Shown: one piece after another, positions 25,090 to 38,127 of the stretch
Numbering within the stretch: position 1 is the first letter of the stretch
How the letters are laid out: the number at the start of each line of letters is the position of its first letter
NCBI GenBank assembly: GCA_043228905.1
Contig: JBHGNT010000005.1
Span: 15,562,001-15,626,000 of the forward strand
Reading direction: 5' to 3'
Length of the DNA stretch: 64,000 nt
Origin: Azolla caroliniana
Taxonomy: Eukaryota > Plantae > Polypodiophyta
Made by a program: the position numbers and the translations under genes
The notes under the pieces: generated by a model
Seen by the model: only the letters and a program-made list of their open reading frames with translations
The model's database searches: none
Told to the model about the DNA's origin: nothing

Positions 25090-25710
25090 CTTGATGTGTG
25101 CCTCTTTCCTAAGAAGGGATATTCATACTTTGAAGCACCAAATCTCAATGTGTGAACAAGGTGCATACACATATGAGCTCAACCTTCTAGGTGTTCTCTT
25201 TAGTATGATACTCACGTCATCGCCCCCTCTTAATATATCATCATATCTTTCAGGAATTGCACTATATGTAAAGCATGTAAAAAGCAAGTGATATTCATCC
25301 TCCACTAGCCCTTCCTTGCATACCTTACATGTCTTTATATTTGGTTGATTTTGATTCCATAATGCAACTTCAATACCTAGGTTGTGTGATCGAGTATGAA
25401 GGAGTGTTAGGGTTGTACGAGAGTTAATACTCATGTTAGTAATGAGGTAAGGTTGAATATTATTAATAGGCCTTCTTGTCTTATATAGAACCCACCATTC
25501 GGGATTGATGTTTGCAATGTAATACTCTAATTTTGTCCTTTTGGCATCTTTCCACTTCTTCCTTAGTGGGCCTATTAATCTTTCCCCAATAACTGGATAT
25601 TTCATAGCATCACTTGCAAGCTCTAGGAGATCTTGCATATCCAATCTTTTGAACCATTTTTTGATGTCAACTTGAGAGATAGAGAGAGATTCTATTATCA
25701 TCTTTAGAGG
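25090..25710 (-). mobile_element. RTE-X-like LINE 3' fragment (C-terminal zinc finger)
   Basis: ORF 25123-25701 reads TRSHNLGIEVALW...CKVCKEGLVEDEYHLLFTCFTY (CxxC...EDExH...C zinc finger). Confidence 0.7.
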
Positions 25711-27659
25711 TCAAATATGACTTATGAGACCAAAAATATTACATTTTACGTGATACATGTGAAAGTGAGTAGCAACTCTCGATGTTCAAGAACTTTACCA
25801 AGGATTGTTGCAATCAAAAGTGCACATTGTGGTTGTGTGTGTGTGAGAGAGAGATCTTCGTTCAAATATTTTTGTACACCTTTACCTCAACATTAGCACT
25901 AACAGCTTTAGATATTGGAAAAGACAAGGAGAGACATGGAGAGATTTATAAATAGTGAGAGGTTGTGTGTTCGATAAAAAAAATCATATTATATGTGACT
26001 TTAAATTTTAGGAGTGGTGGTGTATTTTTAGATACATTTCTTAGATTAATCTTTAGTTTTTATGCTTTTTAGTTTCAACAAATTAGAACTAAAATTTTGG
26101 CCCACACCTTGTTTTCACCCATATACATTTATAATTACAATAAGATTCTAACCAGATATTGTGAGAATCTCATTCCTAAGAAACTACTCTCAGCTACCTA
26201 ATCTCGTACTCAACTAATAATGTGAAGATTAACTTAAATATCTACCTAATCATCATAACAAGCAATTAAAGAGGCACAAAATAGAATCTATGGTTATGTT
26301 AGTTTACGTTACAAGTGATTAGTACAAGGCTTATTGAATGTCCTTAGTACCAATCCATTAAGAGATAGTTAAGAGAGAGGGGAAGTGTAGAGAATGAGGA
26401 CACAGCTAAACTGCCACAAAAATGCTCTTAGTAGTTTTCCATAAAGTTTCCACCTTTTTTGCACTAGGGTGGCCATAATGACACCAAAATCTTCTTTATA
26501 GTTTTCCATTAAGTTTTTGCCCTTTTGGCCTATACTTCTAGCTTTTCCTCCTTTTGGCCTATACTTCCAATTGCAAAATGTATCCTAATGCCACAATTTA
26601 TGCCGCTAAAATGTACAAGAAGTATTAATATTCTTCGTAGTATTCTATTGCAATTGCAACTATTGTTATAACTTAAATATATTAATGCGGTTTCACACTA
26701 TCATGAAGCTTATTGTCATATAGCTAATTATGTTATACCCTTTTACAACCATTGTTATAATGCTTCCTAACTTACACGAGTATTCAAGGGCATCCCAATC
26801 TAGTGGAACTCCAATCAATGTGCTTTTATTACACATGTGAAGTTAATTTGTGCAGGGTCATTGTTCCCAGACCAGGTTGCTTCATTTAAACAAGCAATAA
26901 TCAATCATCGTCTCAACCCACAAACTTTCCTTATATTTTCCTCTCAAATTAAAGACATGTGATAACCATACAATTTCTGAAACATTAGTGATATAAATTT
27001 GGAATAGGATTACCACACTAAGACATCCTCACAAAGTTTCAACCGGTGAAGGGCAACAAGAATTTTATTTCATATTGGTGGATGACTTTCCTTGGTGAAG
27101 TACCGCTTGAAAGAATTGTTTCTTCAGAAGATGTAATCTTGTATGGATCACATAAATAAGGTTCGTGCATATAGAATTAAAATGAATTCAGTCAAATCAG
27201 GAGAACATCTTATAAAAATAAGTATGAGATAAACTAGCAAAACAAGATCAAGACCGAAGGATAAACAAAGCAGTCTTAAAAGAAGCTAGCATACAAGCAA
27301 TATTATTTATTAGATGGAAACACTTCCTCATCTGCAAGGGTATTCAATTTGAGTAAAAACGCATGTGATTTCCTTGCAGCACTATAACTTGGCTAGCCAT
27401 ACAATCGAGGAAATATGTGACTAAATGATTTGTGGATATTCAAGTTCAAAGAGCACAATAAAGAGCATGATCTTTACAGTACTACATGAGAAATAAGATA
27501 TGCTAAAATGCACATGGATCACATAGGAATCTAAGAATAAGGCAGAAATCACATAGATGTCAATAACAATCCATGGCACTCTCTTTATGTCCAGATGTAT
27601 ATATGTATATATGCGAAAAGAAGTAGGCATTTACAGTCATGTTTCCCAAAACACTCTGG

Positions 27660-27690
<31 letters not shown>

Positions 27691-27827
27691 GAGTAATACA
27701 GAAATAATTAAGAATGTCGTATTACTGTCTCACTGGGTTCCTAGAGAAACAAAATTGTGAGCACAGCACCTTACATAATCTATCATCTATCAGTTTCACC
27801 TGTAACCCATTAGAAAAGACAGGATCA

Positions 27828-28211
27828 CTATTTGTGTCCACCACGATCTTTTCCACAGCCCCGAACTCCAGTTCCACCCCGGCTTCGGCCACCACCATGA
27901 TCCCAGCCACGCCCCCCACCGCCAAATTGTCTCCCCTTTCTTGCTCTATCATTTTGTTTTCTCTTGTGGTGCTTGCTTGTACCACTTACATTTGCTTTCA
28001 AGTTATTTGGCAAAGGTAGTATATTATCAACACACTTCCTATAACTGAAATCCTCTACTGAGCCATCTTTCCGGATAATATAAAAACAGCGGCAGTGGGG
28101 TTCAAAGTCTCGATTTAATCTCACTTGAAAAGCCTTAATTCCTACACCAATCTTTCTCTTTGCTTCTTTGTGGCCCTTTTTGAGTAAGTCTTCCAGCATC
28201 AGATGTTCATA
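27828..28211 (-). CDS. DOM1: Exon 2 of DOMINO1/EMB514-like DCL-domain (DUF3223) protein with Gly/Arg-rich tail; implicated in rRNA processing and ribosome biogenesis
   Basis: Acceptor CAG|TAT at 28212/28211. YEHLMLEDLLKKGH...KIGVGIKAFQVR...RCFYIIRKDGSVEDFSYRKCVDNILPLP is the DCL-family signature, followed by an RGG-like tail and a stop at 27828. Confidence 0.92.
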   Translation of the reverse strand, partial: YEHLMLEDLLKKGHKEAKRKIGVGIKAFQVRLNRDFEPHCRCFYIIRKDGSVEDFSYRKCVDNILPLPNNLKANVSGTSKHHKRKQNDRARKGRQFGGGGRGWDHGGGRSRGGTGVRGCGKDRGGHK

Positions 28212-28628
28212 CTGAGGTAAATGCACATACATGTATATATATTATCTTATAAGTCATCATAAAATCGACATCAAGATTCATGAGAGGGATATGTCAAATC
28301 AGCATAAAATTGACATCAAGACTTCCTGAGAGGGACCATCACAAAAATTATCAGCAATAATAGATATAAAAATAGTACAAAATTGCATCAACGTATTAAC
28401 AGGTTTTTACATCTTCAGTAAAGAAATATTGTTTTAGTCAAACTCTCAGATAGAGAGGAGTTTTCTAAGAGGATTAATCCATTTATAATGAGAATGATAT
28501 CAGTAATAGTATAAACAGAAACATCTCCAGGTTATATTTCAGTGAGGAGTAAAGTAATAAAGTTACCTGGACCAATCTAGTCTAAACTTTGATGTGAGGC
28601 AATAACATTCAATATCATGCATCACAAT

Positions 28629-28955
28629 TGTTAGAGCTAGATCCTAATGTAAGCATGAGATAAGGATATAATAGATATATAGAAAAGAAAGGAGAGAGAA
28701 AGAAGGGTGTTGATCCGCCCGACCACTCTTCAGCGAAGGGATCGAGACAGACTTGAGCCTTGCGTCTCATATTTATAGCCAGACCTAAGGCCTCCAAGCA
28801 AGTTCACACTGGCCTTAATGGGTTGTCTCAATCCCAAGGATTAAAAGTAATCCTTCCCTTCTTTACACTCTCGTTTAACCTAAACCCTTAATCCACAAGT
28901 ATAGAATACTACGGTACAATCTTACCACGGGATATTATATGATCATGCCCTAACA
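28629..28955 (-). mobile_element. Solo LTR of the chromovirus family seen at 3756-9450, in the DOM1 intron; TSD ACAAT
   Basis: TGTTAG...CTAACA termini, with ACAAT at 28624-28628 and 28956-28960. Homologous to 3756-3900 and 9364-9450. Confidence 0.9.
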
Positions 28956-29099
28956 ACAATGGTTTTCGTAAAATTCTAGTTCAAATTAAGTTGTTGGAAC
29001 CACAATGCAATGCAATGCAAAACATGGAATTTTTCATTGCCTGATATTGAATTTTAGTTTCCAAATCAAAATGAAAGTTTGTGTACATTTACAAGCATC

Positions 29100-29604
29100 A
29101 AACTATAAGCACCTATTTATAACCTACCCTACACTTTGACCACAATACTTAATCTTGTTCACTTATTACAAATACAAACATTATCCTACTTATATTTGTG
29201 CATGTTTGGCATCTTTGGCCATGATGCATTTGTGCATGTTAGACATGAGTTTAGGAATAAACTTGATGCAAAATCCATTAAGGGCATCTTCCTCAGGTAT
29301 GGCGAGGAAGGTGAGAAGAGTTTTAGAACACCTTAACTTACCCAAGGCTGTGCACAACTGGGATGTTCTCTTTCATGAGGCTAAACTGCTTGAATATTGT
29401 TGTGTCTCTAAGAAACATAACAAAAAGGATAAATTTCAGCATAACCAGTCAGCCATTGGTGATGATAATGTGCGTAGAATGGAACCACGAAAAGCTAAAA
29501 ATCATGATGATACTGTCGCTATGTTGCCAGAAAGTGATGAAGAGCCATTACATGAGAAACCAACAAATAATTCTGAAAATAGGGCAGTAAATGTTGGAGG
29601 GTGA
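29100..29604 (+). mobile_element. Copia integrase C-terminal fragment in the DOM1 intron
   Basis: AFVHVRHEFRNKLDAKSIKGIFLRYGEEG and WDVLFHE motifs. Confidence 0.7.
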
Positions 29605-30755
29605 CAGCCCCAACAATAATCTCTCCCTTCTACACTTTCAACACATTTTCTCTCTCTAGATATACTTTATTCCAACATTTATTTCAGTTGACATTTTTGA
29701 ACCTAGTATCTCATTACAGTATTTACTACATTTTTGAGCCTACAAGGTAATGGAATATGAGGACCAACTGAGCTTGGGGTTCTTCTAGTTAGAACTCAAG
29801 AGATACAGGGAGAACTAGTTGAAGGACAATGATACAAACATACAAGTTCATCAACAAAGAACAATCACAACTTTCTGCAGCCTTATCACTCCTAATGTTA
29901 GAAGTCAAGTAAGGACTACACTAGTGGGCTCCCAACCAAAACATTGCAAAGGGATTACAACAGATTGGGCAATAGCAACTTGTTGCGTATGTCGGCCCCA
30001 GCCTCTTCGACCACGACCTCACCACCCTTAACATCAAGTGATTAAGACCATTATCTCCAACCATCATAGATGCTTCTCTCACTTCAAAGATCTTTCCATA
30101 TTGGATCAACCTATGCTAGAGATCTATCGAAGGCAAAACATTTAACCTATTTAACTTGAGAATCTATGGAGCAGATCACAGATTTTGTCTCTCTCTAAAA
30201 CCAGCTTGTTTCCTTAGGAAGCAAGACCATTGAAGAAGAGTTTGTGCATCGCTTGATGACATAGGTTCCAGAATGTTTAGAGACATTTTGTGACACAATT
30301 TCCCTTCTTCCCACAACTCCGTGTTTGAATACATTTGTAGGGATGTTACAAGATAGGGCTGCGAGACGTACTAGCACTTCAAGTTCTGGTCAGACTCTTC
30401 TCTACGTTAAAGGCAAAGGAAATTTGGAACGCCTCTCCAAACTATAGTAAATCTTCTTGAAAACCAGCCCACAAAGAGCTTACTTGTCACTATTATGGCT
30501 AAAATGGGCACTCCCAGCTTGATTGCCGGAAAAAGAAAAGGAATTTTACGACCACAGCTGTCAGGAAAGAGAAAGTCAGAATTATGTTCGCACTTGAATG
30601 TCCACTTTCAACACAACACGAAAAACTTGAACAATTTGAATTGTAACAGAATAAACAAGGCAACAAGGTTGCAGAAAACTGTCCACTTTAGAATACATTA
30701 CCGTGACTTAAACAAGCTGGAAAACAAGGCAATAGAGAAGAGGGAAAAAGCGCAC

Positions 30756-31205
30756 CTTGTTGATGTCGAGAACGAGTGGCCATCCATTAAGCAAATGATA
30801 GAAGTAATCGAGCATCTCCTTAGAAGAATCAAAGTGCCGAGGTCCAATTGTAGCTTGCTTGGGAGGCTTCCTCCTCCTTCCAGTATTCGTGTCTTGACCG
30901 CGTATATCCAGTTTGGGGTGGACTTTATCACCATTAAAAGGAGCATCATCGCCATCCTTGTTAGCACCATCATCAATACCAATTCTATTGTGACCTTCAT
31001 CAATACCCGTCTTTGCATCAACATCATGAGCTCTGACTCTAGCATCGATTTGATCAGGATCAGCTTCTGAGTGTGGGGCACCATCTCCATCGTTTTCAAG
31101 GCGGGGCTTCTTGGCTACGACTGAGAGACCAGTGTCTTCGGGATGCAGATCAGTGATCCTGTCTTGTGGGCGTGCTCGCTTCAGCCCTTCCCCTGTTTCA
31201 CCCAT
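30756..31205 (-). CDS. DOM1: Exon 1 of DOMINO1/EMB514-like gene (spliced product about 277 aa)
   Basis: ATG at 31205; IGPRHFDSSKEMLDYFYHLLNGWPLVLDINK followed by donor AAG|GTGCGC at 30756/30755. The 450-nt exon joins exon 2 in phase 0 to give LDINK-YEH, as in the DOMINO1 family. Confidence 0.9.
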
Positions 31206-31494
31206 TTCCCTCCTCCCACAAAAAAGAAATGAAGCCCCCCGCTAATTCCTAGACTACTTACTTAATATGTATGTACATACATATAGGCATGACTAATGTT
31301 TAGCATTAGCTCAAAGTAATTAATTAGTTCTCAGCCATTACCTAACTTTTAGTATTGCCTCAAGATAATTAATTAATACACAAACATTCATTCATTCTTT
31401 CACCTCCTCCTCCTTTCACAGTTCGCGTCACTTTTCTTTCTAAGTACAATTTCCAAACTCTTTCGAGCTCAAAACTTCGGAGTGGCATGTTTAC

Positions 31495-34400
31495 TGTTGA
31501 GATTTTGATACAGGGTACAAGATTATGACAAACAGGAATTATGGAATAACTTGGAAAGCAACAAGAAATTTGATTTTTAAAAAAACAAGCCAGTAATACA
31601 GAAACTAAGAGTGATGGCTAAAAGATGCAAGGATGCAAAGAGCGCACCAACAGGTTCCCCAACTTCCTTTTTATATAGCAGAGGAAGTGGAGGGAAAAAT
31701 GTGGAAAGCTTCTTTGAATTACAACTATCATGAAAATTGTTTTCTTTTACTAATAATAACTTGGAGTGTGGGGTTATATTTAGTAATTAACTAAGTAGTT
31801 GCTCACTGACAACTAATTAGTTAATTATAACTTCTAATAGCCCCCCATTAACACCAACACCACACTTGAGGCCAATGTTTTGACAACATGACCAGTGTTT
31901 GAGAGAAGGGACTAGTTTTGTCAAAAAATCAGCCCACATGGTAAGAGTGGGAGTATAACCAATTTGCAAGACACCATCTTCAAATAATTCACACAAGAAA
32001 TGATATCGAGCCCGAATATGCTTATTCTAATCAGTGATTTTAGGATTCCGTGAAATCTTTATGCATGATTGGTTATCACACCAAAGTCGAAATTCGGTTA
32101 TGTGGATGATGTTGAGTTCCAAAAAAATTGATTGTAGCCAAAGTCCCTCCTTAGCCACCAAAGTAGCCACAATATATTCTGCTTCAGTGGAGGATAATGC
32201 CATGGTAGCTTGTTTCTTGGTTCTCCATGTAATGGCACCGCCAACAAAAGTGAAAACAACCCAGATGTGGACCGAGATGTGTCCCTGTCACCTCCCCAAT
32301 CCGCATTTGTCCATCCTTGAAGAACCACCATGTCTTGTTTAGAGGAGGGAGATAAGGTTTTATAGGTTAGTGTCATATCTCTTGAATATTTCAAGTAGCG
32401 GAGGACACGTTTCAAAGCTTCCCTATGACGGGGGCCAGGGTTCTCCATAAACCTAGATAAAAATCCCGTAGAATAGGATAGATTTGGCCGAGTGCAGCTC
32501 ACCAAGCATCTTAAACTCACTAGAATATGGCGGTAGGGTATACTTTGCATGAAGGATTCTTCTTCATTTGGAGAGGGAGAGTCAGAGGTGGAGAGATGAC
32601 AAGGGACTCTGAGGGGAGTGGCAGCTAGAGAACAAGTCATCATATCATATTTATGCAAGATCTTGTCAATTAGTTTGCATTGAGATACTAATAGAGTGCC
32701 AAGACTTCGATTCCTGACCTCTAGTCCAAGGAAATATTCTATCTCACCAAGATGTTTGGTGAGAAAATTTTGTTTTAAGTCGTTGACAAATTGAAGAGTG
32801 TCGGCCTTAGAGGTGTCGTGCCAACAATAGGAAGGTCATCCACATAGACACCCAAAAGAAGAAAATTATGATCTTTCTTTCGAATATACAAAGTTGGATC
32901 AGACTATAATTGAGCAAAGCTATTTGTGAAAAGAAATCTATGAAGTTTTGCATACCATTGCCTAGGAGACTGCTTTAAACCATATAATGGTTTGTGCAAT
33001 TTGCAGACATAGTTGGGATGTAATTCGTCCTTCAAGAGTTGTGGTTGCTCCATGTACATTTCTTCCTTCAAATCTCCATGTAAGAAGGTTGTCTCAATAT
33101 CAACATGATGCAATTCTAAATTTAAGTAGGCAGTGATTGCAAAAAATAGGACTGAGAGAGATGAGTTTGAGTGTAGGAGAAAAAGTCTCATGATAATCCA
33201 CATTGGGAATTTGAGTAAAACCCCTTGCAACAAGTCGTGCCTTAAAATGAATATTCACGTGGCCATCATATTTCTTTGTAAACAATAACTTACAACTTAT
33301 CACATTTGAGTTAGGTGGTTTTTGGACAACTGTCCATGTGTGATTCTTGTATAGTGCATCAGCCTCAACTTGTACTGCCTCTAGCCATGTGTCTTTGTTT
33401 GGACTTTGTAGAACATGTCTCAGTGTAAGTATGGGAACAAATGCAATAGTATCATCTGTAACATACGAATGTAATGCAGAAACATCTGAATCTACAATAG
33501 ATACGAAGCAATTCTCTACCATATTTGTAGCATCATAGATTTCGCGTAGAGACTGAGTTTTCCCTTTCTTTGTCCGACCTTGTGTTGATGTTGCCATTGT
33601 AATAGATATCGATCGTGAGCAAGGTGGTGAGTTTGCCCGAGCACGTACTGCCTACTTCCCAAGCATGAATCCATTCCCATGTGGTCTTGTACTTGTTTCA
33701 TTCTCTGAGCATCCTTAATTGTTGTATCTCCTTCAGCAGCATCAGGTTGTAATTCTTGTATAGATGCTCCTCCATCCATATGTAGGGTTCCCGATGACGA
33801 TTTACCTTCATCAAATAACTAGTCTTCATCAACTATATACCACCTTACCAGTCTGTGAGTTGTAGATTTTGTATGCTTTCATGCCGTTGGAGTCACCATA
33901 TCCAATGAATATTCCTTTGAAACATCGATCATCTAGTTTGGATCTATGGTGCTCAAGGACATACACATAACCAACTACACCAAATACTCTAAGATGAGAA
34001 ACATTAGGTGGATAACCATACCATAATGTAAAAGGGATTGCATTTCGTAATGCACTGTGTGAAAATCTATTTTGCAGGTAGCAAGCAGTGGAGATTGCCT
34101 CCTTCCAAAAGTGTTGCTCCATGTGGCTAGTTTTCAGCATGTAGCCGGCTGCATTAAGCAAGGTTCTATTTTTTCTTTCTGTTGTGGTGTGTAGGGGATC
34201 GTTTTCTAGTGAAGTATACCATTTTCTTGACAAAAATTTTCCCATTCATGAGAGATATACTCCCCGCCATTGTTGCTGTGAAGTATCTTGATGTTTGTTT
34301 TTCTGCATATTTTTTATACTTGCAGAATGCTGCGAATGCTTGATTTTTTTTCTTAATAAAGCTTACCATTGTGAATCTAGTAGTATGATCTATGAAAGAA

Positions 34401-36665
34401 ATGAAATATCTTGCACCTGATAAGGATAGTATTGGGAATGGCCCACATAGATATGTATGGACGAGTTGAAGTAGACGCTTTGTCGTTGTACAACGGTCTG
34501 TAAATGGTTGGTGTGTCATTTTTCCAAATAGACAACTTTCACACATGAAATCTGAATTGAAGATTTTGGATGGCAATCCTTGAACTCTTTTCTGTTGTTG
34601 ACATTGTTGTACTGCTTGATAGTGTACATGCCCAAGCCGACAATGCCATAATTGAGTTAGTGAAGATCTTTTCTTGTGTTGTATTTGCAAGACTGCTGAG
34701 AATGCATTTGGAGGATGACTCTGTATTGGATATAAGTGATTCACATTAGGACACACCAACTGTGTACTTGTGTTTCCATTTTTGAAAAATAGAATTGCTT
34801 TCTCTTTACAGAATTGTATTATTAGTACATATACAGTTGCTTGTCCAACTGATTTTTTTTAGTAACACTTTTATTACTAGTGGGAAACCTCAAAGTGAGG
34901 TGAAAACCCACAAAGATTAAAGAAAAATATACAAGTATCAATTAGACACTAAAGAGCTTAAAAGCACTCAAAGCAAAGGTTGTAAATTTGGAGTGTGATG
35001 TCTCTAAGTTGCAACTGATAACAGGTGCTTAGCTAGTCCTGGTACATAATAGACATTTGGGACAGTAATCTCGTGATTATCTGACAATCTGAGTTGAATG
35101 CTTCCTTTACTGATTGCTGTTTTCTATCCGTTGTCTCCAAAAGTAACTAATAGTGGACTAGACAAAACCTGATAGCAATTTAACTAGTCCTTCCGATATG
35201 TGAGGTAATGGTCTAGGTACAGTGTATCATGTTCAGTTTTTGTCTCTTCTGTAGTGACATGGTATGCTTGCAAAATATTGTCGTCTTTTGGTATTTCATC
35301 TGAATCTCCTTCCAAATTTTGTGTATTCTTCTGACTTCGAGTTTGATTTTTCTTCTAATGTTGCATTATTTACTTGTGATTGTCTTTTGTTTTCCACACC
35401 TTGCTTGAATTGACACACCCTTTTTATATGGCCTTCTTTCTTACAGTATTTGCAAATCAGTTTGAAACCACCATTGGACTATTTTGTTGAAGCTTTCCAA
35501 GCATCATTTACCTTGCTGGTACTTGATATTTCTGCACTTTTGTAAGCATCTGATTTAGTTCTATATCTATTATTATAAGATGTTTTTTGTGTTTTGCTAA
35601 ATGATGCAGTCATTTCCAGAGACGGAGTGGATTCTTTTAATTGCCGCCGAAGTTTTTCATGACGGATATTGGTAATCAAATTAGATAAAGAGTTACCTTG
35701 GCTATTCATGGTGACAAACGCGCTCCAGGATTCTAGAAGTTTACTCAGTAGTAGCCCAATCTTCATTTTTTCTGAGATTTCATTTCCCCCATAGGTGGCT
35801 TCTTCGAGATATATCTCCCAGGTATCCAAGAAGGTAAGAACATCTTCTTCTTCCTACAAAACACACATGTGAAACAGGGTAGCAAGAGTATGGATTCTAG
35901 TAGTACCATCTTGTGGTTCAAACATTTTTTTATAGTTTGGACCATATTTTAGTTGCAGTTGTGAGTTTTTGAATGACATCAACTTGCTTGTCTTCTACAT
36001 GTAGCAGTATTTCAAGCTTTGCCCTTTTGTCTTTGTTTTTCCAATCTTTCCATACTTTTGATTGTGTATTTTTCGGTGCCTAACAGGTTTCAGTGGTGAC
36101 TTTAAGTAGCTCCTCTAGATCAAGTAGTAGCTCCATCCTTGGTTTCCAAATTCTGTAGTTCTTTGTGGTAAGTTTATCTACCAAGTATTTCCTTTAGTCT
36201 GAGTGGAGCTTGCCATAATGTTGAGGTTGTTGTCTTTTTGTTATGTATATATATATATATATATATTTGAACAACAAAAGTAGAGTATGAGCAGGTGATA
36301 TATTTCTAGGCTTCGTACTACTAACGCTCTGATACCATGTTGAGATTTTGATACAGGGTACAAGATTATGACAAATAGGAATTATGGAATAACTTGGAAA
36401 ACAACAAGAAATTTGATTAAAAAGAAAACAAGCCAGTAATACAACAACTAAGAGTGATGGCTAAAAGATGCAAGGATGCAGAGAGCACACCAACAATTAT
36501 ATAGTAGAGGATGTGGAGGGAAAAATTAGGTAAGCTTCTTTGAATTACAACTATCATGAAAACTGTTTTCTTTTACCAATAATAACTTGGGGTGTGGGGT
36601 TATATTTAGTAATTAACTAAGTAGTTGCTCACTGACAACTAATTAGTTAATTATAACTTCTAACA
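31495..36665 (-). mobile_element. Full-length degenerate AT-rich Ty1/copia element; LTRs 36338-36665 (5') and 31495-31839 (3'), PBS 36326-36337, TSD TTTAC
   Basis: TTTAC at 31490-31494 and 36666-36670. The PBS TGGTATCAGAGC abuts the LTR; PPT ATGGGGGGC. Fragments LWHCRLGH, FKARLVARGFTQ, TFLHGDLKEEMYMEQP and ADWGGD are present. Confidence 0.93.
34854..35011 (-). mobile_element. 158-bp retroposed insert (5'-truncated LINE or SINE 3' end) inside the copia protease region; TSD CAACTGAT
   Basis: CAACTGAT at 34846-34853 and 35012-35019. The minus strand ends ...GTAATAAAAGTGTTACT followed by an A-tail. Removing the insert restores the copia motif VPGLAKHLLSVGQAT. Confidence 0.8.
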
Positions 36666-37381
36666 TTTACCATATACAAGAGTGTGCCTTGTTCCATTAT
36701 CATATAGCATCGTCATCACACCTTCCCTTCTAGATTCCCCTCTCTAACCTCCAAACATACTCCATTCCTCAACCCCATCTGCTTACACATATCCCCTGGA
36801 TTCCCGTTCCCCTTCATCATAGAAGATTACATTTGTAGCCAAAATGTACTTACACCCATACCCCTAATTGTCCCACATGCCTTAAGTATCAAAGGTGTAC
36901 TTCCATCTACACACATCCAAAAAACTTTATGCCTGATTATGCCACATACAATTTTCAGCAAAAATGGATATGTTTCAATCTACGAAGTTCTAGAAGAACC
37001 TCTTGCTTAGTTATCTCACCAACTTTTAGTGAGATAAGGACACTCCTCACATACTGCATTGAAGCCATTTGTGGATCTCCTATGTCGAGTTCCCTTTATT
37101 CCATTGCACCTTATGTGGCATTGTTTCTTCCTTGTCAAGTTTCCTTCTATCATCGTAGTCGAAGACTTCATATTGTGTTCATTGGCTCATCATAGTTCGA
37201 ATCAAAATATTCTTCTAACACCGACTTTTATTTAGTTTCTATTGTTGCAAGCTAAGGAGCTTTGGGCTTGGAAGATTTTTGAATGGTATTTCACAAACAT
37301 GTATAGACAATGACAACAATATTCAAATAGGTGTAAAGAATCAGATATGATTTTGTGCAGCGGAATAGACATGTCTGTGTG

Positions 37382-37384
<3 letters not shown>

Positions 37385-37420
<36 letters not shown>

Positions 37421-38127
37421 TTAATGTCTTCTAAGACAAAATTTGGCCCATGAGACAAATGTTTTACAACAAAAATGGGGTATTTACCCATTCATCCAAA
37501 GTAAAAATAAAATAAAATAAGACTTAAGCTAAAGCGTTCTAGTAAAAAATGTTCTAGAAAGGAAATGACTTTATACTAGGCCTAGTTTCATTTCCATCCA
37601 AGTCTCTCAAAAAGAAGCGGGTGGTCAAAGGGTTTCGATGTGGATGTGACCCATGGTCCCAATGTAAAAGGTACCCCAACCATAGCTTCTAGGTGGCACA
37701 ACTCACATTCCCTTATCTTGTTAATTGTTTCTACTCCACGTTGAGTTGCTTTGAAACCCAACATCCGAGGGAGTTTGGTTGTTCTTGGCTTTTCTACGTC
37801 GGCAAGGGAGAGGCTGAGTGGTGTAGGTGTGTCCACATTCATCATCTCCCCTTGTTCCTGAAAGGTTTCATTAGTTACATGCTGGTGAATATTAGAATGG
37901 TTATGGTTAACATTTTGTAGTTTTCTCTCTCTATGTTGTTTTAGCTCTAAGATATACCTACCTAGTCTCTTTATATCCGGGGTATCTAAAAGTTTGGAGA
38001 GGGTGGGAGAGGGTCCTAGTATGTTTTGATATTTCGTCCTTATTTCGACGTAAGTTGGACACTTGCATGTAAAGTTATACTCATCCTCTATCTCTATGTG
38101 ATATAATCTACATATCCTTTCGGTCAT
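37385..38127 (-). mobile_element. RTE-X-like LINE 3' segment with (TC)n tail, copy 1
   Basis: ORF 37588-38133 reads ERICRLYHIEIEDEYNFTCKCPTY...FERLGWK*. The 3' UTR runs into (GA)n at 37385-37418 on the plus strand. Homologous to 41011-41717. Confidence 0.8.

Noticed and set aside
29819-30420. Additional exon or nested gene in the DOM1 intron
   Set aside because: The ORFs are short and broken, and exons 1 and 2 already join in frame across the conserved motif; probably old TE debris.
30495-31099. Overlapping ORFs (191 aa plus strand, 133 aa minus strand) on DOM1 exon 1
   Set aside because: These are alternative-frame or antisense shadows of the real exon with no recognisable motifs.
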